This document shows, one piece after another, positions 9,364 to 18,477 of a stretch of DNA of 64,000 nucleotides (its first letter is position 1; every line of letters starts with the position of its first letter). Under the pieces are notes generated by a model. It searched no databases. It was not told the DNA's origin and saw only the letters and a list, made by a program, of their open reading frames with translations. Made by a program: the position numbers and the translations under genes. The DNA comes from an uncultured Halobacteriales archaeon (GTDB lineage: Archaea > Halobacteriota > Halobacteria > Halobacteriales > Haloarculaceae). Location of the stretch: assembly GCA_964534485.1 (NCBI GenBank), contig CAZHPM010000001.1:8551-72550 (forward strand), written 5' to 3'.

Positions 9364-12300
9364 ATGAGCAAGTGGTGGCGGATAGGTACAGACAGGAGAT
9401 GGCGCGGACAGTCACAGACAGTTGGTGTCGTGCTGCTCGCGGCAATCACGCTCGTACTGGTTGCGGCGATTGGTTTGTTCGTTTTTTCTGATACTGGCGG
9501 GGGTGAAGAGGCCGAACTCTTACTGACGGACCTCGAAAGCGAACTGAACGCGGGCAACATCACAATCAGTCACGCGGCAGGCGATACGCTCAATCCAGAG
9601 GAGGTGAACGTGATTGTTGAGGGGAACACTCGAACAATCCCGATGGATGAGTTCTCCGGCGTCGGCGACGAGTTCAGTGCTGGGCAGACAGCGAGATACC
9701 AATTAAATAACCCCAGCGAGTTCTGGATTGGTGAGTTCCGCGTCATCGTGGTCCACGAACCATCAGATACGATTCTTCACGAGGAAAAAAAAGCCGTGGA
9801 GTTCAGCGACGAGGGACTCCAGCTTCAGGTTGCAGACGCCGGCGGCGGCCTGAGCGGGGGCAGCGCCAGCGTGTGGGGGAAACCGACAGGAGCGGCCACT
9901 CTCGCCGACCAGGACGAGGTGAACTGGGATTTCAAAGTGACAGCAGCGTTCGGTTCGGAAGAGCAGGTCATCACCGACTCACTGGGTGATGCCTACGACC
10001 TTTCGGTGCCAAGCAGTGAGTTTGACGACACCAGTGTCAGCAACGGCGACGACCGGGGGACGCTGGAAGCGGCAGAAGTTTCTGGTGACAATACCGTCAC
10101 TCTCAAAGCCGAATATACGAGTGACAACGTTCCAGACAGTATCCCGGACCGGTTCGTGACCTCGACTGTCGACGTCACCGTTCAACAGCCCGAGCAACGG
10201 TTCGACGTTGACGGGGAAATCAATGATACCGTGACAAACAACGAGGTTCGGGTCAACTACACGATAGAGAGTACGGCTGACCTGACCCTTGAACAGGATA
10301 TCACGTACAAGGCCACTGCCTACGAAGACAATCCCGCATCGTCATCGTCGGCTCTGGAAACAAAAACTGACACAGAGTTAGATAATATCGGAGCGGCGAA
10401 CGATACCGTGACGCTCGCACCCGGTGACTCTGTTTCAGGGTCGTTCAATTACACGCCCAGTGATTCGACAATTGCGGCGAACACGGAAGCCGTCACAGCC
10501 GAGGTGAGACCGGAAATTGGAGACGTGTTTAGTGCCACCGAGACGTTCACGTCACCAACGTTCGAAGTTGGCATCGCCGGCGACAACGTCGACCCCGACG
10601 CCCGCACACTCACCGTCGATTACGAGATTGAGAATACCGGGTCGTTCTCCGGGAGGAAAGATATCGGATTCAATGCCACCGCCTACGACAGCGCCGGTGA
10701 CCCGATTACCGACCCACCCGAGTACACCGGCACGGAGTACACCGACGGCTATACTGGTGTCCAAGTCAACAGCAGTGAGACGCTGACGACGGCCGACAGC
10801 CAAATCGAGGAGTTCAGCTTCGACGTGCCGGCCTCGACCGACAAAATCCGGTACAATATCTCGACGGAAGACGACACGAAGAGTCGGACTCTCGATACGG
10901 TACCCGCCGCATTCGATGTCCTGAGTGTCACGCCGCAGAGCCAAACAGTCAGAGAGGGCAACACGCTCTCTGTCGATGCGACACTCGAGAACACTGGTGG
11001 CCTCAGCGGAACGAAAACCGTCGATCTGGCCGTGACAAATGGTACCGCGCTCGCAAACAGTCCGGTCTCGAAAGACGTGACACTCGACGGTGGCCAACAG
11101 AAGACAAAGACGTTCACAATCGGAACGACGAACGGCGACGCGGGGACAGGATACGAGGCCACCGTCTCCACGCAGTCGGGTAACAGCACGACAACACCAG
11201 AGAGTGTCACCGTGCAGGAGCCGGCAACCTTCCAGGTGAGCATCGACTCAATAGACTCGCCGGTCGTCGAGGGCAAAGCCCTCGAGATCGACGTAAACGT
11301 CGAGAACACCGGTGACCTAGACGGTACACAGACGGTTGAACTGACGGTGGACAACGGTCCAGCCGGCGAGTTGGGCGCTCCGTCGAGGGACGTGACACTT
11401 CAGTCCGGTGACTCGACGACCGAGACGTTCTCTATCGGAACCGCGAAAGATGACGCCGGTGACTACGATGTGGCCGTCTCGAGCGAGAACGATACCAAGA
11501 CCGAGAAAGCGACCGTGCAGGAACCGGACAACTTCGAAATAAAGAGCGTCTCGCCGAACTCACCGGCGGAGGGTGAGACCCTCGAAATCGACGTAAATGT
11601 CGAGAACACCGGTGACATAGACGGTACACAGACGGTTGAACTGACGGTGGACAACGGTCCAGCCGGCGAGTTGGGCGCTCCGTCGAGGGACGTGACACTT
11701 CAGTCCGGTGACTCGACGACCGAGACGTTCTCTATCGGAACCGCGAAAGATGACGCCGGTGAGTATAGTCTGACTGTCTTGAGCGAGAACGATACCGCGA
11801 CCGGGACGGCGACCGTGCTACAGCCACCGAACTTCGAAATAAAGAGCGTCTCGACGAACTCGCCGGTGACGGAGGGTGAGACCCTCTCTGTCACCACGAC
11901 TATTACCAACCCCGGCGAAGTGGAGGGCACACAGACTGTCGACCTGACGGTCGGTCCGTCCGGCCAGTTGGGCGACGCTTCGGCGGGAGTGACGCTGTCG
12001 CCTAGCGAGTCGAAGACAGTGACCCTCTCGGTCTCGACGGAACCCGGTGATGCAGGCACGTACAGCGCGACAATCAAAGGTGGCGACACCGAACCTCAGG
12101 CGCCCGTGGTAGTGAAAGAGGAAGAGCAGGAGCCACCGAACTTCGAAATAAAGAGCGTCTCGACGAACTCGCCGGTGACGGAGGGTGAGACGCTGACCGT
12201 CACCGCGACAGTCGAGAACACCGGCGACGTGCAGGGCACACAGACTGTCGACCTGACGGTCGGTCCGTCCGGCCAGTTGGGCGGCAAGTCGGCGGAAGTG

Positions 12301-12747
12301 ACGCTGTCGCCTGAGAAGTCGAAGAAAGTGACCCTCTCGGTCTCGACGGAACCCGGCGATGCGGGCACCTACACCGCAGTGGTCTCCTCGGATAACGACA
12401 CGGCAAGCGAGGTCGCCAAGGTCAACGCGCCAGCAGCGCCGGCGAACTTCCAGGTGACAAGCGTCTCGACTAACTCGCCGGTAACCGAAGGTAATACGCT
12501 GACCGTCACCGCGACAGTCGAGAACACCGGCGGCCAGCAGGGCACACAGACGATCGAGCTGAGCGTCGGCGCGCTTGGCAGTGATTCGACGCAAGTGACT
12601 CTCAAAGGCGGCGAGAGCACGCAGAAGACGCTCTCGGTTGGCACCAGCAGCGGTGACGCTGGCTGCTACACCGCAACGGTCTTTTCGAAGGACGATTCAG
12701 CCGACGCCGACGTGAGAGTGGACCTCGTTTTTTACTGCAGGGCATAG
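9364..12747 (+). CDS. Giant type IV pilin-like surface protein (class III signal peptide, pilin N-terminal domain, tandem CARDB/Ig-like repeats)
   Basis: RG|QSQTVGVVLLAAITLVLVAAIG prepilin site; ITISHAAGDTL and VIVVHEPS pilin motifs; repeated VENTG.../L.SGDS..../DAG.Y units. Confidence 0.85.
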   Translation: MSKWWRIGTDRRWRGQSQTVGVVLLAAITLVLVAAIGLFVFSDTGGGEEAELLLTDLESELNAGNITISHAAGDTLNPEEVNVIVEGNTRTIPMDEFSGVGDEFSAGQTARYQLNNPSEFWIGEFRVIVVHEPSDTILHEEKKAVEFSDEGLQLQVADAGGGLSGGSASVWGKPTGAATLADQDEVNWDFKVTAAFGSEEQVITDSLGDAYDLSVPSSEFDDTSVSNGDDRGTLEAAEVSGDNTVTLKAEYTSDNVPDSIPDRFVTSTVDVTVQQPEQRFDVDGEINDTVTNNEVRVNYTIESTADLTLEQDITYKATAYEDNPASSSSALETKTDTELDNIGAANDTVTLAPGDSVSGSFNYTPSDSTIAANTEAVTAEVRPEIGDVFSATETFTSPTFEVGIAGDNVDPDARTLTVDYEIENTGSFSGRKDIGFNATAYDSAGDPITDPPEYTGTEYTDGYTGVQVNSSETLTTADSQIEEFSFDVPASTDKIRYNISTEDDTKSRTLDTVPAAFDVLSVTPQSQTVREGNTLSVDATLENTGGLSGTKTVDLAVTNGTALANSPVSKDVTLDGGQQKTKTFTIGTTNGDAGTGYEATVSTQSGNSTTTPESVTVQEPATFQVSIDSIDSPVVEGKALEIDVNVENTGDLDGTQTVELTVDNGPAGELGAPSRDVTLQSGDSTTETFSIGTAKDDAGDYDVAVSSENDTKTEKATVQEPDNFEIKSVSPNSPAEGETLEIDVNVENTGDIDGTQTVELTVDNGPAGELGAPSRDVTLQSGDSTTETFSIGTAKDDAGEYSLTVLSENDTATGTATVLQPPNFEIKSVSTNSPVTEGETLSVTTTITNPGEVEGTQTVDLTVGPSGQLGDASAGVTLSPSESKTVTLSVSTEPGDAGTYSATIKGGDTEPQAPVVVKEEEQEPPNFEIKSVSTNSPVTEGETLTVTATVENTGDVQGTQTVDLTVGPSGQLGGKSAEVTLSPEKSKKVTLSVSTEPGDAGTYTAVVSSDNDTASEVAKVNAPAAPANFQVTSVSTNSPVTEGNTLTVTATVENTGGQQGTQTIELSVGALGSDSTQVTLKGGESTQKTLSVGTSSGDAGCYTATVFSKDDSADADVRVDLVFYCRA
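11281..12370 (+). repeat. Near-identical intragenic duplications in the pilin gene
   Basis: 11281-11462 matches 11581-11762 (300-bp offset); ~11822-12060 matches ~12131-12370 (309-bp offset). Confidence 0.9.
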
Positions 12748-12755
12748 ATTCACAT

Positions 12756-13067
12756 ATGTCTACTATCGATAAGAACTCTCGCGATGCAGTCCGCAGAGCG
12801 ATGGATGGACACCCGGACCCTGTCGTGAGTATCAAAGGTGCCGCAATCGGCTCTATGCTATCTGTCGACCAAGCCCGCCGAGAGCTGAAGGGGTTAGAAT
12901 CTGAGGGTCTTGTTGAGTTCAAGAAGGTCGGCGGCCAGCTCATCTGGTGGGAATCCGACGAGTTCGACAGCGGTGAGATGCTCGAGCCACCCACCGCGTC
13001 GGGTTCGAGAACCTACGACACGAAAGACTCCCACGACAAGAACTCAATCGACCCCGACGAGTACTGA
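12756..13067 (+). CDS. Winged-helix DNA-binding protein with acidic tail; candidate antitoxin
   Basis: DPVVS...ARRELKGLESEGLVEFKKVGGQLIWW; its stop overlaps the following PIN-domain frame. Confidence 0.7.
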   Translation: MSTIDKNSRDAVRRAMDGHPDPVVSIKGAAIGSMLSVDQARRELKGLESEGLVEFKKVGGQLIWWESDEFDSGEMLEPPTASGSRTYDTKDSHDKNSIDPDEY

Positions 13068-13495
13068 TACCTGTCGCTGTTCTCGATGCTTCTCCCATCA
13101 TCGCAGAGTCCTTTCCAGACGACCAGTATCACGGCATCGGCAAGAAGATAGTCGAGAAGGTATCTGATGGCACGCTCCCGGAGGTGTTCGTACCGTACCC
13201 GATGCTGCAGGAACTCCTCAAGAAAGTCAACAAGGCAGACGGCTGGCAGGCAAAAGTCGAATACCTTCGGTAGTTCGGCAAGGAAGACAACTTCCGAGTC
13301 GGTTACCCCACCAAGCAGGACGTTAACAATGGATTCAGCGTTGTTGGTGCGTTTCGTGCGTTCGAGACGCCGGACGGCATTGCCGTCGCCTTCGTGCGGA
13401 ACCACGGCCACAAGTACATCTACTCATTTGATGGGAAATTCGACGATGTCCCCGATGTCTCCCTGAAGATGAGACCCACCCCCCACACCCCGTAG
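13067..13495 (+). pseudogene. PIN-domain (VapC-like) toxin pseudogene
   Basis: IPVAVLDASPIIA...DDQYH...MLQELL...*...PDGIAVAFV...YIYSFDGKFD; ATA where an ATG is expected (TGATA) and TAG at 13271-13273; absent from the ORF track. Confidence 0.8.
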
Positions 13496-13562
13496 CTCGT
13501 TTTTCCACATCATCGCGGGGTCCTTGATTAAGACATCGACCAATCACAACTTCTGCCAATTG

Positions 13563-14294
13563 TTACGCAATGCTGCGTCCCCGGTTGTGTCTGACTCGCC
13601 CGTGGTCGGTCGCAAAGAGCGGTTCCAGACCGTGTTCATCTGAGACCCTCGGATGATTGACCTCAAGCCAGTCATTGAGGATTCCGCAGACCCGGTCACT
13701 CAGTGCCACCAGTCGTTCCCCCTGTGACTTATTCTTCAGCGGTAGATCCACCTCTGGCCGGTGGATCAGCTTGAGATACTGCTCGTCGGCGTGGTAGTTG
13801 TCGACATTGAGTCCTCTCGCCGACCCGACACGCGGGCCAGTATGCCAGAGAACTGCGAGCAGACTGTGCTCGAGACTCGCGTAGCAGTATCGGTCGAGAT
13901 GCTCCAGTACCTCCCGCGCACGCTCCGAGTTGAGCATCTCGTCGCGCGCGTCTTCCCTCGTCGTAGTCGGGAGCAGAATCTTCTCGTCAAGTTTGGGCTC
14001 GACTGCGTCGATGCTTGCACAGAAGCGCACGAACAGACGGAGTGTCGCCAGTTGGCCTTTCATCGTCGCGGTTGCGAGGCCGTCCTCGTTCTGCCGCTTC
14101 ACGCGAAACCGGTGAAGGTCGCGACTGGAGAGTTCGTTTAGATTCTCGATACCGTCGTCTGCATACCATCGTACGAACTGTTCGAGTCGGTAGTCGCGAG
14201 CCTGTAGCGTTGCGTCCGCAACCTCTGTCCGGCGGTCGTCGAGGTACATCTGTTTGCCAGTGCGCGGGTCGAGTGGTTCGAGATTGTTTGCCAT
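13563..14294 (-). pseudogene. C-terminally truncated haloarchaeal tyrosine integrase
   Basis: LEPLDPR...YRLEQFVRW...QLATLRLF; LWHTGPRVG (catalytic Arg); PLKNKSQGER; ends before HxxR and the catalytic Tyr. Confidence 0.85.
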
Positions 14295-14469
14295 TTGGTA
14301 TCATCTTCAACCCGAAAGTAAGCTCACCTAACGGCCGTCGACAGGCTCTGTACTCCCGCAAAATAGCTAGCTGACAGTCCCACGCGCTGTGGATGATCCA
14401 CGTCCGGACCCACTCCTGCGAAGAGTAAGCGCGACGGAGTAGTGAGTAAAGCAGAGCGGAACGACCGAG

Positions 14470-14491
14470 GGTCCAAATCCGCCCGGGCACA
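14470..14491 (+). repeat. attR-like degenerate copy of the tRNA 3' end
   Basis: GGTCCAAATCCGCCCGGGCACA; exact 15-bp core CAAATCCGCCCGGGC; about 175 bp upstream of the integrase start. Confidence 0.8.
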
Positions 14492-14737
14492 CCCCCGCGA
14501 GGAACGAACGTAACAAACAGCCTACACACAGAAAAGACGACCCAGACAGACCACGTGCAACGAGGCGAGTGGCTCTGTCGGGGCTTCAAATCCACCCGAT
14601 ACAACCGCGAAATCGTCCGTTCGGTGGCTCTGTCGCCGGGGAACCGACGAGGCGTATCAGTTACCGACACCAGTGTTACTGTCAACACGTGTCACAGAAT
14701 CCAAAGAGACTTGTGAGAACCGGAACAAAGCCGGTGT

Positions 14738-16171
14738 ATGTCTTCGGACGCCGACCCGCGGGGGAGCGACGCCGGCAGCGCGCAGGCGGAGACAGCAAAA
14801 GACGACAGACGGGCCAAGAGCCGCCAGAAGCCGCCGTACGCCCCGGAACTGGGCCACCCTTCGCTGCACTTTATCCGGCAGATGCGGGATATCTTCACGT
14901 TCATACAGGACCTCTTTGCGACGAGAGATATCGCCCGCTCCCGTCTCGTCGGGCAGGGAGACATCTACGCGCTCGGACACCCCGACTACCTCAAGCGTGT
15001 GTTACTGACCGACCGCGAGAAGTTCCGCAAGTCCGAGGATTTCAACATCGCCTTTGGCGAGGGCGTACTCACCGTCGAGGGCGAGGAGTGGCGACAGCAA
15101 CGCGACGCGCTCCAGCCGTACTTCACACGCGACACCGTGCGAACCTACGGTGACGGGATGCTCAAGCAGATCCGCCGCCGGACCGACCGCTGGACGGACG
15201 GCCAGCGGTTCGACCTGCAAGAGCGGTTCACCGGGATGACACTTGACGTGCTCTTTGCGACCATCTTCGGGCGCGAACTCGAACTCGACGGCGACGAGCG
15301 CCTGCGACAGGCCGCCGAGGACCTCCACGAGTGGTTCGTCCCATCGTCGTACGTGCTCCCGAACTGGATTCCGACGCCCTCCCGTCGCCGGTTCAGAAAA
15401 GCCCGGACGACCCTCCAGGACGAGGCCGACCGACTCCTCGCGGAGGCAACCGCCAGCACGCCGACCGACCCCACGGAGGCCGACGACCTGCTCTCGTTGC
15501 TCGTCGGCATCCGCGAGGCCGGCATGGGCGATTCGGCGATGCTCAGCGACGAACGACTCCGCGACCAGATGGTCACCATCACCTTCGCCGGCCACGACAC
15601 CACGACGGGGACGCTCACGTTTGCCTTCTGGGCGCTGGCCAACCACCCGGAGGTGCGCGAGCAGTTCCACGCCGAAATCGACGCACTCGAGGGCCCACCG
15701 ACCGTCGAAGACCTGGATGGACTCGTGGTCACCGAGCGCGTCATCAGGGAGACGCTTCGTCTCTACCCGCCGGTGTACATCCTCCCGCGGATGAGCGCGA
15801 CCGACCTGGAAATTGGTGGCTACCACATCCCCGAGGGCGAACGGGTCAACAGTATGCTCTGGAAGATTCAGCGCGACGACCGATTCTTCGAGAATCCCCA
15901 CGAGTTCGACCCCGACCGGTGGGACGGCGACCTCCAGTCCGAGATTCACAACTTCGCGTACGCGCCCTTCGGCGGCGGCCCGCGCATCTGTCTGGGCCGC
16001 GAGTTCGCACTGGTCGAGGCCAAACTCGCGCTCGCGACTATCGGCCGACAGTTCCGACTCGAATGGCTCGGCGACAACCAGACGACCCGCACCGGCGTCG
16101 AACCGCCGGTCTCCCCGCAGATGACACTCCGGATGGAACCCGGCCACGAATTCCTCGTCAAAGAGCGGTGA
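14738..16171 (+). CDS. Cytochrome P450
   Basis: AGHDTT I-helix, ETLRLYPP (ExxR), FDPDRW, PFGGGPRICLG heme ligand. Confidence 0.95.
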   Translation: MSSDADPRGSDAGSAQAETAKDDRRAKSRQKPPYAPELGHPSLHFIRQMRDIFTFIQDLFATRDIARSRLVGQGDIYALGHPDYLKRVLLTDREKFRKSEDFNIAFGEGVLTVEGEEWRQQRDALQPYFTRDTVRTYGDGMLKQIRRRTDRWTDGQRFDLQERFTGMTLDVLFATIFGRELELDGDERLRQAAEDLHEWFVPSSYVLPNWIPTPSRRRFRKARTTLQDEADRLLAEATASTPTDPTEADDLLSLLVGIREAGMGDSAMLSDERLRDQMVTITFAGHDTTTGTLTFAFWALANHPEVREQFHAEIDALEGPPTVEDLDGLVVTERVIRETLRLYPPVYILPRMSATDLEIGGYHIPEGERVNSMLWKIQRDDRFFENPHEFDPDRWDGDLQSEIHNFAYAPFGGGPRICLGREFALVEAKLALATIGRQFRLEWLGDNQTTRTGVEPPVSPQMTLRMEPGHEFLVKER

Positions 16172-16330
16172 GGAATCGCTGTGAACGAGAGCCCAAAATA
16201 GACTGAACTCACAGCCTGTTCGGTGAGATATCTCTATCATCTGTGATTGTCTCGAACTCGAACTGGCAGTCGCGGCGGATTACTTGCTGTAGCGGAAAAA
16301 TAATGATCTTCGCCCGTGATGTTACAATGG

Positions 16331-17113
16331 ATGAATCCGCCGTCAGATTTAGATTGGCTCACTGCCATGAGAGTAGAACTCGAGTGGTATCGAGAGCAAC
16401 ACGCCGAGTCGGATGTGTCTTTAGATGAATTATACGACTTCTCCGAGAAGCGGCTTGCAAGACAGTTTCCAGAAAATAATCACGTGAGAGACAAGATGAG
16501 ACAAGTTCTACAGCGTCTGCGCGACCGCGGTGAACTCAAATTTCTCGATAATGATGGAGAATATAGACTGTCAGAACTCGATTTGGAAAAGCCACCAACT
16601 GCATATCCACATATTAGTACTGATGTGGAACTGCCACGAGAAGAGATTGATCGGGAGAAATCCGAGTTGATAAAAGCCACTGAATCGGAACCAGAACTCT
16701 TCGAGAAAGACACGGAGTACATCAAAACACGTCGAAAAGCACGCGATTACGCGTTCCGAGAATTGGTTCGGGAGGAATACAATAACACCTGTGCTGTCTG
16801 TGGGAGTCAACGGGTGTCACCATACGGGAATCCAGAAATTGAAGCCGCTCACATCTACCCTAAATCGGAGGATGGAAGCGACGATGTTCGAAACGGTATT
16901 GCCCTGTGTAAGTTTCACCACTGGGCGTTTGATTCCGGGTGGTTGTCTGTCACCAACAACCACGAACTCATCGTAGCCGACGCCCCCGACAAGAACGGCT
17001 ATGACGAACTCGAGCAACTCGAGGGGCGGTCGTTACGACTTCCGGAAAACGAAGATGTGCACCCCCATCCAATATTTCTTGAGCGACATCGAGAGATTCA
17101 ATACTTCGATTGA
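16331..17113 (+). CDS. Winged-helix (DpnI C-terminal-like) plus HNH endonuclease; candidate modification-dependent restriction enzyme
   Basis: FPENNHVRDKMRQVLQRLRDRGELKFL; CAVCG...EAAHI...NGIALCKFHHWAFDSG; lower GC; ATG start at 16331 inferred. Confidence 0.8.
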   Translation: MNPPSDLDWLTAMRVELEWYREQHAESDVSLDELYDFSEKRLARQFPENNHVRDKMRQVLQRLRDRGELKFLDNDGEYRLSELDLEKPPTAYPHISTDVELPREEIDREKSELIKATESEPELFEKDTEYIKTRRKARDYAFRELVREEYNNTCAVCGSQRVSPYGNPEIEAAHIYPKSEDGSDDVRNGIALCKFHHWAFDSGWLSVTNNHELIVADAPDKNGYDELEQLEGRSLRLPENEDVHPHPIFLERHREIQYFD

Positions 17114-17227
17114 GATCAGGTGTAACTCGATCGCTCAGGGCCGGTTCGGGTCGACTGTCGTCACACCGACTCGCCACCGTTCACGACCGCGAAGTGATAC
17201 CGAGAATGCGCGGAAACGCCCACCGCT

Positions 17228-17998
17228 TCAAGAGTGGTTTTCGACCCGCTCTTTCCCGTCCCACTCCGCGGAGTTGTCTTCTGGCTCGTAGCCAAGCACC
17301 TCCTTCGCGCGCTCAAGCGAGTAGTACTTGCGGTCGTTGTCGGAGATGCCGTAGACGGTTTCGAAGTCGTAGTCGGCCTGGAGCGCGCAGTCGTGAATCT
17401 GCGCGCAGTCCCGCGTCGAGAGCCACATCGCCTGGCCGCGCTCGTAGTCGACGGGGGGGTAGTCCTCGTTGAGGTTGCCGATACGGATGTTACAGACCGA
17501 GATGCCGTGTTCGTCGTGGAAGTACCGGCCGATGAGTTCGCTCGTCGCCTTGCTGATGCCGTACCGGTTGCCCGGGCGGGGGAACTCGGTCCCATCGAGG
17601 CGGAACTCGTCGTCCGAGCGGTAGATCTCCGGCGTGCGTTCCTCGGATTCGAAGGCACCGACAGCGTGGTTCGAGGAGGCGTAGACCACCCGGTCGACGC
17701 CCTCCTCGACGGCAACCTCGTAGAGGGTGTGCGTGCCGTCGATGTTGTTGTCGAGGACACTCCGCCAGGGGGCGTCGCGGCGCGGGTCGCCGGCGAGGTG
17801 AACCACAGCCTCGACTTCCTCCATCGCCGGGCGCACGTCCGCGTGGTCCTGAATCTCGCCGGTGTAGTAGGGAAACTCCGGTTCGTGTTCGGGCTGGCTA
17901 TGGTACAGCAGGTGCCAGTCGTACTGCTCGCGCAGTCCATCCAGTACCGTCTGACCGACGTGTCCGCCCGCGCCAGTGAGGAGTACCGACTCCGGCAT
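17228..17998 (-). CDS. azf: NAD-dependent glucose-6-phosphate dehydrogenase (archaeal extended SDR)
   Basis: TGAGGHVG, HLAGDPR, ASSNHAVG, YGISK, YERGQAMWLS, YGISDNDRKYYS. Confidence 0.85.
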   Translation of the reverse strand: MPESVLLTGAGGHVGQTVLDGLREQYDWHLLYHSQPEHEPEFPYYTGEIQDHADVRPAMEEVEAVVHLAGDPRRDAPWRSVLDNNIDGTHTLYEVAVEEGVDRVVYASSNHAVGAFESEERTPEIYRSDDEFRLDGTEFPRPGNRYGISKATSELIGRYFHDEHGISVCNIRIGNLNEDYPPVDYERGQAMWLSTRDCAQIHDCALQADYDFETVYGISDNDRKYYSLERAKEVLGYEPEDNSAEWDGKERVENHS

Positions 17999-18085
17999 TC
18001 AGTTGGTACAAACGCGACCGGTGGTAAGTAGCATGCGGTTTGCCGCTACCGGTGGACCGTACTACCACGGGACCGACCACCGGGT

Positions 18086-18445
18086 ATGGACGAGACGCTG
18101 CCGACAGAGCGCGAACAGGCCTGCTTCGAGACGGGTATCAAATTCGGGTCGCTGTACCACCAGTTCGCCGGCACGCCCGTCAGCCCCGCCAGCGCGGCCA
18201 CGCTCGAGGCCGCGATGGAGGAGGCAATCGAGAACCAGCCACACTGCGAGCGCGTGCGTGTCGACATCGACACCGACGAACTCGCCGCGACAATCGAGGA
18301 GTCACCCGCCACGTACACCGAACTGACCGGTCGATTTCTCGACGTGACCGTCGTCATCGGGTTCGAGGACGCAGAGGTCACCGCCGAAATGCGGATGGAA
18401 GAGGGCTATCCTCGCATGTCTGTCACCGGCGTTAGACAAACCTGA
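18086..18445 (+). CDS. mptD: Archaeal dihydroneopterin aldolase
   Basis: ACFETGIKFGSLYHQFAGTPV, YTELTG, GYPRM. Confidence 0.85.
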   Translation: MDETLPTEREQACFETGIKFGSLYHQFAGTPVSPASAATLEAAMEEAIENQPHCERVRVDIDTDELAATIEESPATYTELTGRFLDVTVVIGFEDAEVTAEMRMEEGYPRMSVTGVRQT

Positions 18446-18477
18446 GAGATAAGTGCACGCCGGTACTGGTCCATACG

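Larger units (their letters stand above)
7540..14491. mobile_element. Decayed tRNA-integrated genomic island
   Basis: Flanking direct repeats of the tRNA 3' end, tyrosine integrase next to the distal repeat, AT-richer segments, several pseudogenes. Confidence 0.8.
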
